64,000 nucleotides of DNA. It comes from an uncultured Desulfurococcaceae archaeon. Its GTDB lineage: Archaea; Thermoproteota; Thermoprotei_A; Sulfolobales; NBVN01. The stretch spans positions 10,422 through 74,421 of the forward strand of contig CAZVLA010000036.1 in assembly GCA_964627805.1 (NCBI GenBank). Reading direction: 5' to 3'. Below, piece by piece: positions 1 to 8,946 of the stretch (its first letter is position 1; each line of letters opens with the position of its first letter). Position numbers and translations under genes: made by a program. The notes beneath the pieces were generated by a model. That model searched no databases. It was given only the letters and a program-made list of their open reading frames with translations, and was not told the DNA's origin.

Positions 1-118
1 TTTACTTTAAAGTTAGGTCTATGATTGCTTATTCTGTAGAGTTGTTATAACTATATATACTTGTATTTACTATATTTATACCAAATACTTATTAATAAAT
101 GTGTAATAATTATTTACG

Positions 119-556
119 GTGTTTATTATGTCTGGTGAGGAGGCAGGTAAGGCTAAGGTGTCTCCTCAGGAGCTTCAGGATGAGTTAAGGAGTTTAATAG
201 CTCAGTCCGAGTACTTGAGGGGTCAGATCGACGCCATTAACGACACTATAAGGGATCTTGCTGAGGCTATTGAGGTTCTAGACTATGTTAAGGAGAAGGG
301 ATCTGGTAAGGTAGTTCTAGTACCTATAGGTGCTGGTAACTTTATAAGAGCAAGGATTGAGAGTACGGACACGGTCATTATGGGTGTTGGCGGTAGGTTA
401 AGTATTGAAGTAAGTATTGAGGAGGCTAGGAAGTCCTTGGAGGATAGGATTAAAGTGCTTGAGGGACTTAGGCTCGACCTACTTAGGAAGTTAGAGGAGA
501 TTAACAGAAGGATTAATGAATTAATACCTAAGATTAGGGAGTCCCCTAAGGAGTAG
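119..556 (+). CDS. pfdA: Prefoldin alpha subunit
   Basis: 145-aa ORF; ATG at 128 is the more likely start. Heptad-rich N- and C-terminal helices flank the central double beta-hairpin block [39 protein letters not shown], the alpha-class prefoldin layout. AT-rich TATA-like sequence lies upstream. Confidence 0.85.
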   Translation: MFIMSGEEAGKAKVSPQELQDELRSLIAQSEYLRGQIDAINDTIRDLAEAIEVLDYVKEKGSGKVVLVPIGAGNFIRARIESTDTVIMGVGGRLSIEVSIEEARKSLEDRIKVLEGLRLDLLRKLEEINRRINELIPKIRESPKE

Positions 557-565
557 AGGTACTGA

Positions 566-862
566 GTGTTGAGCAGTAATGAAGTTATTGAACTCGTAAG
601 TAGGTATGAGCGGTTGAAGGAGGAGTTAACGAGGATTAAGAGTGAGTTACTGAGGATTAGGGAGGCTAAGGAATTCCTTAGTAGGGTAAGTAATGAAGCT
701 AAGATATACTTAAGCGTGGGTAAGGTAATGATTGAGGTTAGCAGGGCTGAGGCTATGGAGTACTTAAGTAGGGAGGAGGAGGTGCTTAACTTAACCGAAT
801 CAACAGTAAGTAAGGAGTTAAGGATACTCGAGAATAGGATTAAGGAGCTTAAGAAAAAGTAA
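566..862 (+). CDS. pfdB: Prefoldin beta-class subunit (short)
   Basis: 98-aa ORF, GTG start 10 nt after the pfdA stop. Layout is coiled coil, single hairpin (KIYLSVGKVMIEVSRAEA), coiled coil, as in beta-class prefoldins. A T5 run (870-874) follows the stop. Confidence 0.6.
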   Translation: MLSSNEVIELVSRYERLKEELTRIKSELLRIREAKEFLSRVSNEAKIYLSVGKVMIEVSRAEAMEYLSREEEVLNLTESTVSKELRILENRIKELKKK

Positions 863-976
863 CTAAGTCTTTTTCCCTACTTAACTTAAGCATTAAGAAA
901 GAAGTTACTCGCATCACCTACAAAACCTCATTACTTTTATGTAATGACGTAAGGAAGTAGTTACTCGGGTGTTGCT

Positions 977-2866
977 GTGGGTGATCCTTACTCATGGCTT
1001 GAGGACTTAAGTAGTGAGGAGACCCTTAAGTTCATTGAGGAGCGTAATAGGAGGTTTAGGGAGTTCGTAGATGACTTACCTAGGGAGTTCGTTAGTAGGG
1101 TTAGGAAGTACCTTGGGGTACCTTACGTAAGGAGCTTTAAGTGCTGTGGATGCGGTGTCTACGTAGTTGTTAGGGAGTTGAGTAGGTACGTAGTTAAGTT
1201 GATTCGTTGGGGTGGTGGTGAGGAGAGCATCATATCTAGTGAGAACTTAGGTGAGGAGGTAGTTATTTCTGAGGTTTACCCATCACCTAGTGGTAGTAAG
1301 TTAGGTATCGCATACACCCTCGGAGGTAGTGATGAGGGATTCATTAAGGTAATTGACGTAGGTACTCACGAGGTACTTGATGAGTTACGCGGTACCGTAG
1401 GTAACTTAGTTTGGTGTGGTGAGGATCGCTACTACTACGTAAGGATGTTCAGGAGTGGTAAGTCAGTAGATGGTGTTGAGGCACCTACGGAGCGTGTCTT
1501 CCTTAGGGAGTTAGGTGGTGGTGTTGAGGAGTTAGTGTTTGGTGAGGGATTACCTACTAACTACATGATCTCCCTAGAGGAGTGTAATGACCCGTCGAGG
1601 ATATTCATTACTGTGTGGCGTAGTTGGTGTAGTACCTACGTCTGTGGGGGGTACTTAAGAGACCCTAGTACGTGGTCGGTACTACTTGACGTTGGTGACT
1701 ACTTAATTAAGCCCGTAGGTTACGTAGGTGACGAGGCTTACTTAGTGATTCACGATCGTGGGGGTATGGGTAGGGTAGTTAAGGTAGTCGGTGGTGATGT
1801 TGAGGAGGTCATACCTGAGCAGGAGTACCCACTACGTCAAGCAGTTATTGCTGGGGGTATGGTAGTCACTAACTCCTTAATTAATGCCTCAAGTAGGTTA
1901 AGGATCTTCAGTACTGAGGGCTCATTAATTAAGGAGTTCGTATTTAGTAAGCCGTTAAGTATCGAGTCTATGGAGTCCTTCAAGGATTTAGTCGTACTTA
2001 AGGGGGAGTCATTCAGTAAGCCAGCAAGTCTCTACGTTGTGGACCTGAATGCATTAAGTATTGAGGAGTTCTACGGGTGTGGTGAAGTTACTGAGGTTAG
2101 GGTTAGTGAGGATTGGGTAGTCTCGAGTGTCGGTACTAGAGTTCACGTATTCATTATTGAGGGTGAGGGTAGTGGTAAGGCTGACGTAGCTATTGTTTAC
2201 GGGTACGGAGGCTTCGGAATACCTGTAACGCCCTTCTACTTAGGACCCCTAATACCCTTCATTGAGGACGGGGGTACTTTCGTAGTAGCTAACATACGTG
2301 GTGGGGGTGAGTTTGGTGAGGAGTGGCATAGGTTAGGTATGAGGGAGAGGAAGCAGAATGTCTTTGAGGACTTTAAGGCAGTACTTAAGTACGTTAGGGG
2401 TAAGGGCTTAAGGACGGTTGGGTGGGGGGTTAGTAATGGTGGGTTATTAATAGCTACCGTAATGACTCAATCACCTAACCTCCTGGACACCGCACTTATC
2501 GGGTACCCAGTAATTGATATGCTTAAGTTCCACAAACTCTACATAGGTAAGTTATGGATTAGTGAGTATGGAGACCCGGACAACCCTAGAGATAGGGAGT
2601 ACCTAATTAAGTACTCACCATACCATAACGTACGTGAGGGGGTTAAGTACCCACCAACACTAGTCTACACAGGACTCCACGACGATAGGGTACACCCAGC
2701 ACACGCACTAAAGTTCGTAGCTAAGCTAGAGTCCGTAGGAGCTCCAGCGTACTTAAGAGTAGAGACTAGGAGCGGGCATAGAGGAGCTACACCAGAGACT
2801 AAGGTGAGGGAGTACAGTGACATACTAACATTCACGTACAAAGTACTTAAAATCAAGAACCACTAA
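977..2866 (+). CDS. Prolyl oligopeptidase family (S9) serine peptidase
   Basis: 629 aa. N-terminus GDPYSWLED is typical of prolyl endopeptidases. C-terminal alpha/beta hydrolase has nucleophile elbow GWGVSNGGLL (GxSxGG), acid block HDDRVHP and histidine block SGHRGA. Confidence 0.85.
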   Translation: MGDPYSWLEDLSSEETLKFIEERNRRFREFVDDLPREFVSRVRKYLGVPYVRSFKCCGCGVYVVVRELSRYVVKLIRWGGGEESIISSENLGEEVVISEVYPSPSGSKLGIAYTLGGSDEGFIKVIDVGTHEVLDELRGTVGNLVWCGEDRYYYVRMFRSGKSVDGVEAPTERVFLRELGGGVEELVFGEGLPTNYMISLEECNDPSRIFITVWRSWCSTYVCGGYLRDPSTWSVLLDVGDYLIKPVGYVGDEAYLVIHDRGGMGRVVKVVGGDVEEVIPEQEYPLRQAVIAGGMVVTNSLINASSRLRIFSTEGSLIKEFVFSKPLSIESMESFKDLVVLKGESFSKPASLYVVDLNALSIEEFYGCGEVTEVRVSEDWVVSSVGTRVHVFIIEGEGSGKADVAIVYGYGGFGIPVTPFYLGPLIPFIEDGGTFVVANIRGGGEFGEEWHRLGMRERKQNVFEDFKAVLKYVRGKGLRTVGWGVSNGGLLIATVMTQSPNLLDTALIGYPVIDMLKFHKLYIGKLWISEYGDPDNPRDREYLIKYSPYHNVREGVKYPPTLVYTGLHDDRVHPAHALKFVAKLESVGAPAYLRVETRSGHRGATPETKVREYSDILTFTYKVLKIKNH

Positions 2867-3027
2867 AACACGTAACCACCCCACTGACATCACCTTAATA
2901 TACTGATCATGAGTTAAGATTCAGTTACTAATCCTAATGACTCTCAAGTACTTCATAACTACGCAGTACTTACTAACTCAAGTACTTATACCTCTACCCA
3001 ATAACATTACTTGGCGGTGCTTAGATC

Positions 3028-4152
3028 TTGAAATTCATTGAGGCTGTAGAGATTGAGTGGTTTAGAGGTATTAGGGAGGGGTTGATTGAGGGCTTCAGTG
3101 ACTTCACAGTATTAGTTGGTAGGAATGGTGCGGGTAAGTCAACGGTTCTTGAGGCTCTCTACCTAACCTCAGCATGGCTCAAGGAGACTGACGAGGTACG
3201 TAACACTAGTAAGTACGACTACGTAGTCTACAGACGCGGAGGTAGGGGTAGGTGGAGGAGCGCTAGCTACGCTCTATGGTACTCAATGGATACTAGTAGG
3301 GAGGTTAGGATAGCTATTAAATTTAGGGGTTTATGGAGAGAACTACTTATCTACCACAACACATCACCTCCTACTTGGTTAGTAATGCATGAGTGCATTA
3401 AGCAGAGGATTACGCAGGGATTCGGTCCTGCATACACTCATTACGAGTTACTGGGGTTTCGTGGAGGTACTACGTACCTAGCGAGGAAGGCACTTAAGGG
3501 GGGTGTAGCTACCTTCACTCATGAAGAGGTACTTAAGTACTTCACAGAGTGTTACCCAGTATTTACTGAGGTGCTAAGGAGTACCTTACTCATTGATGAG
3601 GCACTACTCCGCGACTTAGGAGTTGTTGAGAAGTATTCATGGCCTAAGGTCCTTTCTAAGAGGCTTGATAAGGAGGTTGTGAGGGTTATTAAGGAGGAGT
3701 TTGAGGTTGATGCTGAGGGACTTACGTACGCACCCGTAGGTGAGGATACGGTACTCCTCCTTCAGTTAAGTAATACTGCAGTAAGGATTGATGATTTAGG
3801 TGATGGTGCTAGACACGCAGTACTTACGATGCTCCTCCTACTAGCTACTAAGCCTAAGTTAATACTTATTGAGGAGCCCGAGAGTAAGTTACACCCCCGA
3901 GGGATGAGGGTACTTACGGAGGCTATCCTAAAGTACGCTAAGGAGTATGGTGCGCAGGTAGTCGTAAGTACTCATAGTATGGAGTTCATTAAGGTAGGTA
4001 GTGAATTAGCTAAGAGATTAGGTATTGAGATGTCACTAATACACTTAGAGAGGAGTAAGGATGGTGCGTTAATTACGAGGAGACTTAACCAACCCGACCT
4101 TAAGTTACTAACAGACTTAGGTATAGATCCTAGATTCTTAGACATGCTGTGA
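3028..4152 (+). CDS. ABC-type (AAA_15/AAA_21-like) ATPase, OLD/AriA/GajA-like
   Basis: 374 aa, TTG start. Walker A GRNGAGKST (nt 3118-3144), signature-like LGDGARHAV, Walker B/D-loop LILIEEPESKLHP, H-loop VSTHS. Confidence 0.75.
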   Translation: MKFIEAVEIEWFRGIREGLIEGFSDFTVLVGRNGAGKSTVLEALYLTSAWLKETDEVRNTSKYDYVVYRRGGRGRWRSASYALWYSMDTSREVRIAIKFRGLWRELLIYHNTSPPTWLVMHECIKQRITQGFGPAYTHYELLGFRGGTTYLARKALKGGVATFTHEEVLKYFTECYPVFTEVLRSTLLIDEALLRDLGVVEKYSWPKVLSKRLDKEVVRVIKEEFEVDAEGLTYAPVGEDTVLLLQLSNTAVRIDDLGDGARHAVLTMLLLLATKPKLILIEEPESKLHPRGMRVLTEAILKYAKEYGAQVVVSTHSMEFIKVGSELAKRLGIEMSLIHLERSKDGALITRRLNQPDLKLLTDLGIDPRFLDML

Positions 4153-4161
4153 CGGGAGAAG

Positions 4162-4839
4162 GTGGTATTAATGCTAATACAGCTAAAGCCTAGTGAGAGG
4201 AGCTTCGACGTATTCGTACTTAGTGATATCAAGAGTTTTAATGTTTTTATCCTCTGTGAAGGTAGGACTGAAGTAGAGGTTATTAAGTCACTATGTAGTA
4301 GGTTAGGAATAACTAGTGCTAAGTCAGTAGCTATTAGTGATTGTGAGGGTATTGATAGGGTCTATGGCTTAGTACCGTCTATTGCGTTACTATCTAAGTT
4401 ATCTAGGAGGTTGAGGGCACTTGCTGTAGTTACTGATGCTGATGAGTTAAGCTATGAGGGTAGGTTTAGGAGCTTAATTAATAGCTTAAGGTCTAGAGGT
4501 ATTAATGTTGTACTTAGTAATGACTACGTAGTAAGTAGTCAGTTATTTAAGGCCTTAATTAAGGCTAATGATAGGGAGCTCAAGTTTTACGTAGCAGTTA
4601 ACGGCATTAGTGAGTATAAATTCTCTAAACACGTGCTTGAGGACCACGTAATTAAGTTACTCGAGCTTGAAGGTGAAGTTAACGTCTCGGAACTCAGTAA
4701 TGTAAGTAACTCTAAGGAATTCATTAGGGAGCGAAGCATTAACGTCATTAAGGAGGTAGTGGATGCTGAGCCACGCCTCCTTAGGGAGTCCTTCAGTCAC
4801 TTAGTGAAGCTCATGGAGTTAGTACTTAAGGACCCTTAG
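4162..4839 (+). CDS. TOPRIM-like (OLD/DUF4435/DUF4276-type) putative nuclease partner
   Basis: 225 aa; starts 10-19 nt after the ATPase stop (GTG 4162 or ATG 4171). FILCEGRTEVEV gives Glu33 and AVVTDADE gives Asp92-x-Asp94, about 60 residues apart, which is the TOPRIM E...DxD pattern. No other domain recognised. Confidence 0.55.
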   Translation: MVLMLIQLKPSERSFDVFVLSDIKSFNVFILCEGRTEVEVIKSLCSRLGITSAKSVAISDCEGIDRVYGLVPSIALLSKLSRRLRALAVVTDADELSYEGRFRSLINSLRSRGINVVLSNDYVVSSQLFKALIKANDRELKFYVAVNGISEYKFSKHVLEDHVIKLLELEGEVNVSELSNVSNSKEFIRERSINVIKEVVDAEPRLLRESFSHLVKLMELVLKDP

Positions 4840-4897
4840 TTAATCCCCTTCAGTAATGTCGTAAGTGTTTTGAAGTGCTTAGTTCATATTTGTTAGG

Positions 4898-5569
4898 GTG
4901 GGTGTTTTGAGGTTATTAGTAGTTTCTGATGTTCATGGTGCTTACGGTAATCTTAAGTCCTTAGTTGATGTTGTCAGTGATTTTGATGCGTTACTAATTG
5001 CTGGTGACTTAACTCACTACGGTTCTGGGTTGAGGGGTGTTTGTAGCGTTATTAAGTCTGTTGTTGATTCCGGTAAGTCAGTAATTACTGTGTTAGGTAA
5101 TATGGACCCACCGAGGATTAGTGAGGAGGTTTCCTCAGTAGGTGCTTTAGTCCTTCACGGATCCTCAACTGAGTTAAGTAGGTATTACGTAGTAGGTGTT
5201 AGTGGATCCCCTAAGACCCCCTTCAGAACTGCTTTTGAGTTAAGTGAGGGTGAGTTTAGGGAATTACTTAGTAGGGTCGTAGTGAGTGATTTTAGGAAGT
5301 CAATACTCCTAACACACGCCCCACCCTACGGGACTAAGTTAGATAGGACTTACTTCGGGATACATGCTGGCTCCGTAGTTATTAGGGAGTTCATTAAGGA
5401 GAAGCAACCACTACTAGCTATATGCGGGCACATACATGAGGGTAGGGGTACTGAGACCATAGGTAGTACTACAGTAGTGAATCCAGGCCCACTATTCAGG
5501 AAGTACTACGCAGTAGTAGAGTTAGTTAAGGGTAGCGTCAAGCTCGAGTTGAGGAGGTTAAGTACTTAG
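4898..5569 (+). CDS. Calcineurin-like metallophosphoesterase (YfcE/MJ0936-type)
   Basis: Metal-ligand blocks VVSDVHG, GDLTHYG, GNMD and GHIHEG in a 223-aa protein. Confidence 0.8.
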   Translation: MGVLRLLVVSDVHGAYGNLKSLVDVVSDFDALLIAGDLTHYGSGLRGVCSVIKSVVDSGKSVITVLGNMDPPRISEEVSSVGALVLHGSSTELSRYYVVGVSGSPKTPFRTAFELSEGEFRELLSRVVVSDFRKSILLTHAPPYGTKLDRTYFGIHAGSVVIREFIKEKQPLLAICGHIHEGRGTETIGSTTVVNPGPLFRKYYAVVELVKGSVKLELRRLST

Positions 5570-5617
5570 GGGATTCTCTAGCTAAAGCCTTAAATCCTAC
5601 TCAAGTACCTTACTATC

Positions 5618-6691
5618 TTGGTTAAGAAGGTACTTACCTTAGGAGGTGGCGTCTTGGCCTCATTGATGTGGTACTTAATTACTTGCGTAGTAGTAGGTGT
5701 TATTGGGTCATTAATCAGTAGTTACTTACCTTACTACCTCATTAGGAGAGGTGTTAGGGTCTCTAAAGCTATTAAGGTAGCTACACTCACTACAGGCTTA
5801 TTCGTCTCATTAGCTATAGTACCTGCTATACTCATACCAGTACTCCTCACTGGTTTACTAGGTCTTACTGGTTTAGCGGCTGTAGCTCTATACCTAATTA
5901 TTCAGTACTTAATAACCCCCTACGTCCTCACCGTAGGTACTGAGAAGGTTAGGTTAGGTAGTAAGTATGGTTGGGTCCTTAAGTTAGCTCGTGACGTAGC
6001 TCGTGATGCTGGATACAGTAAGGGGTTTGAGGTACGTATAGTTAATAGTGAAGTACCTAACGCTTACGCTGTAGGTAATGTGCTTAAGCGCTCCATAGTG
6101 ATTCATGAGGGACTACTGAAGGTACTCAGTAGGGATGAGGTGAAGGCAGTAATAGCTCATGAGTTAGGTCACTTAGCACATCACGACAATTCATACATGC
6201 TCGCAACTTCATTCACCCCCATGCTGACTTACTTACTAGGGCTTACGTTACTACTTACCGGTTACGTACTAATTACTGAAGCACCTAAGTCTAGGGAGGA
6301 GGGTAGTGGGGCTGGGTTAGCTGGCCTCACACTAGTACTACTCGGTGCTGTAGTGACTGCCTTAGCTATGGTACTGAACATAGCTGTACTAGCGTTCAGT
6401 AGGGTTAGGGAGCACATGGCTGATATATACTCAGTACGCACTACTAGGAACGACGCAATAGCTACTGCCTTAGATAAGATACGTGCCGCTACCTCAAACA
6501 TTAAAGTAGGTAGTACTTCATTAGTACCTAAGCTAAGGAACATGCTCTACATAGTCCCTCAATTAAGTGAGGTAGCTGCGGTCGGGTACGCGTCATTCAT
6601 ACTAAGTACGCACCCACCAATATACCTAAGGAAGTATGTCGTGAGGAAGTACTTAAGGGAATTAAGTCAAGAAGTAAGTCCTCAGTATTGA
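5618..6691 (+). CDS. M48 family zinc metalloprotease, HtpX-like
   Basis: 357 aa with several TM helices. HExxH in AHELGHLAHHD and a downstream Glu block REHMAD. TTG start. Confidence 0.8.
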   Translation: MVKKVLTLGGGVLASLMWYLITCVVVGVIGSLISSYLPYYLIRRGVRVSKAIKVATLTTGLFVSLAIVPAILIPVLLTGLLGLTGLAAVALYLIIQYLITPYVLTVGTEKVRLGSKYGWVLKLARDVARDAGYSKGFEVRIVNSEVPNAYAVGNVLKRSIVIHEGLLKVLSRDEVKAVIAHELGHLAHHDNSYMLATSFTPMLTYLLGLTLLLTGYVLITEAPKSREEGSGAGLAGLTLVLLGAVVTALAMVLNIAVLAFSRVREHMADIYSVRTTRNDAIATALDKIRAATSNIKVGSTSLVPKLRNMLYIVPQLSEVAAVGYASFILSTHPPIYLRKYVVRKYLRELSQEVSPQY

Positions 6692-6726
6692 GGTTAAGCT
6701 CAAAAGACTTGAAGGGATTAAGTAAG

Positions 6727-6785
6727 TGCCGCAGACACCCGAGGGGCTTCTCGGGCGGATGAAGCGGGCGGTCGGGACCCCCCAA
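6727..6785. other. GC-rich island, candidate small structured RNA or 3' element
   Basis: About 60 nt of much higher GC than the flanks, just after the HtpX-like stop. Hairpin CCCGAG-GGGCTT-CTCGGG (6738-6755). Direct repeat CGGGCGG twice (6752-6758 and 6765-6771). Confidence 0.2.
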
Positions 6786-6901
6786 ACACTATTAGGTTAG
6801 GTATTGAGTGCGATTGTTACATACCTAACAGGATTAAGGAGCGGTTCTGTAGTTTATGGGGTTTAGATGTAGAGAAAACGCGTGGTTCTAGTTTAATTTC
6901 A

Positions 6902-8224
6902 TTACTTACTGATTAGCTCCATACGTATCTCCTCGGCATTTACTAGTGCTTCATTACCTATTCCGAAGGTCTTAGTTATGATGCTTGGTAGGGTAGGTGT
7001 TAGTAGTCCGTTGAATACCTTCATACTTACCTCCTTTAGTGTGCCGTCACTCATGTACGTCATGCTCTCTAGGTTGGGGCTTAACTCGAGTACGTACGAC
7101 TTGCTACCTACCTCAATACCGTAGTAGGTCGTTAACACCTTAGCCTTAGATCCTTTATAGGTACTTACGTACTCAGTACTCCCTAGCTTAACTACTTTGA
7201 ATCTACATAACCTACGTAGTTTACTTAAGTCAATGCTCCACTTAATGAATTCTTCACTACTTGGGTTATAAGTGCAGTGCCTGATGAATGGTGGTGCCTT
7301 AATTAACTCTCTACACCTAACCAGCTTACTCACTAACTCCTTAGGTATTCTGAGGATCCTCTCATCCATGAGTAAAGTACCCTTGGGTAGTCCTTTGTAG
7401 TTGTTGCTGAATTCAATACCTGATGCCTTAAGTGAATTACCTACCTTATTTAAGTATATGACATCAGCTAGTGGGTATAGTGATTCCTTAATACTTAATG
7501 AGGGTTCACTCCATAACCTATAAATTATTAATGCCTCACCACTCCTTAGTACGTAATTCCCTAGCTTAAATATGAAGTCACCTAGAAACTCACCGTTAGT
7601 TCCCTTAGAAGCTCCTGTATACGTATTAACCGTTAATTCCTTAGTTATATTTAGGTACTTGAACTTAGCGATGTAATGATTACCTACCTTAATCCACCTA
7701 CTACTGACCTTAGGTAACGGCTTGTAGGAGATCCCGCAAGTAGCTATTCCGTTAATAAAGCTTAGAGTTACCTTAGCTCTTATGTACTCACCGCTACCGT
7801 AGGTATGTATGATAATCCTCAACTCCTTAGATACTACGATGCAGGAGGTACTTTCAAGCTCCCTTAAATACTTAAGAATCTCATCCTTAGGTAATTTAGA
7901 CCCACTGGCGATTAGCGATTTAACCCTTAAGTATAGTGTGTAGTTACTGTGTAGGGGTACTACGAACCTATAACTACTTAAGTCTGTACTACCAACTACC
8001 TTCCTAAGGTCATCCTTAAACATACTCAGCGCCATTCCGGAGCTTAAACTACCGTAAGGCACTACTTCATACACTAGGTACTTAGTGAGGCTTGCTCTCA
8101 CTCGTAAGTAACTATAAGTGGGTACTATCGTTAATGTTACTGAACATATCACAATAGCGCAGATCAAGCTTATTAATACTATTTTAACGTGCTTCATGGA
8201 CATCACCTCTTTTAACTCAGACAT
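6902..8224 (-). CDS. Hypothetical N-terminally anchored or exported protein
   Basis: 440-aa ORF. Hydrophobic segment HVKIVLISLICAIVICSVTLTIV follows alternative ATG starts at 8203/8197. Overlaps or abuts the upstream 173-aa ORF. No motif recognised. Confidence 0.5.
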   Translation of the reverse strand: MSELKEVMSMKHVKIVLISLICAIVICSVTLTIVPTYSYLRVRASLTKYLVYEVVPYGSLSSGMALSMFKDDLRKVVGSTDLSSYRFVVPLHSNYTLYLRVKSLIASGSKLPKDEILKYLRELESTSCIVVSKELRIIIHTYGSGEYIRAKVTLSFINGIATCGISYKPLPKVSSRWIKVGNHYIAKFKYLNITKELTVNTYTGASKGTNGEFLGDFIFKLGNYVLRSGEALIIYRLWSEPSLSIKESLYPLADVIYLNKVGNSLKASGIEFSNNYKGLPKGTLLMDERILRIPKELVSKLVRCRELIKAPPFIRHCTYNPSSEEFIKWSIDLSKLRRLCRFKVVKLGSTEYVSTYKGSKAKVLTTYYGIEVGSKSYVLELSPNLESMTYMSDGTLKEVSMKVFNGLLTPTLPSIITKTFGIGNEALVNAEEIRMELISK

Positions 8225-8733
8225 AGACCACTTAAGGTAGCCTCTACGGAAGGTCTTACGTTGTCACACCAGTTAATCTCCACTGATGTAGATGTCGCAT
8301 CACCAGCGGGATAGAATGTCATTGAAACGGATCCGTCAAAGTCTAGTACCCTTATGTAGACAAACCACTCACCTAAAAGACGATAACCGAAGTCCATACG
8401 TGCTGCAGCAGTAATTACGCAGCATATTCCTCCGTCCACAACATATCCGTCTGCTCTTCCGCCACCACTAGAACTATAAGGATCTGTTCCCGTAATCCAC
8501 GCTTCTACAACTATAGAGTCACAGGAGCTACTACCTGAATTGTAGCAGTCAGGATCGGAGGTACTTAGGACGTTATGCTCACTTTCCACAGTACTTATGT
8601 TATTTGTGCTTCCCGCCCAAACACCTTTCATAGTAATAATAGCTACGATTACAGAAGCCACTATTAATATCACCGTCACAGTCGCTAATTTATTAGCTCC
8701 TATATTTAATCTCAATATAGACGCCTTCTCCAA
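8212..8733 (-). CDS. Small Cys-rich exported protein, atypical codon usage
   Basis: 173 aa, TTG start (uncertain). Signal-like segment LATVTVILIVASVIVAIITMKGVWA followed by GS. Seven Cys. Gly GGA, Arg AGA/CGT and Tyr TAT are used repeatedly, unlike neighbouring genes. Confidence 0.5.
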   Translation of the reverse strand: MEKASILRLNIGANKLATVTVILIVASVIVAIITMKGVWAGSTNNISTVESEHNVLSTSDPDCYNSGSSSCDSIVVEAWITGTDPYSSSGGGRADGYVVDGGICCVITAAARMDFGYRLLGEWFVYIRVLDFDGSVSMTFYPAGDATSTSVEINWCDNVRPSVEATLSGLCLS

Positions 8734-8946
8734 TTCTCTTTAAAGTTTCAGTTCTTTTATCTTTTTCTCGAACATTAGCATATAGGGTGCGTGACACTAA
8801 GTTTTATTTTACTTAAATTGAATTAAAACACAGCATTAAGAGCATTAAATAAAAAGCTGAGTGCTTAACTCTTATGTGATAAATAGCATAGCTAATGTGG
8901 TATTCCTTATTACTTTCTGTAGGTAATACTTCCTAGGGGTGCTTCC

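Noticed and set aside
119-862. Adjacent prefoldin alpha and beta-like genes, considered as an unusual arrangement.
   Set aside because: Both are ordinary chaperone subunits, and co-location is a plausible operon. Without comparative data this does not warrant a finding. The short length of the beta-like ORF is noted in its feature entry.
6597-6785. 62-aa minus-strand ORF covering the GC-rich island after the HtpX-like gene.
   Set aside because: It overlaps the 3' end of the protease gene, has Pro/Leu-rich odd composition, and lacks a plausible promoter or start context. The GC-rich segment is better explained as non-coding structure.
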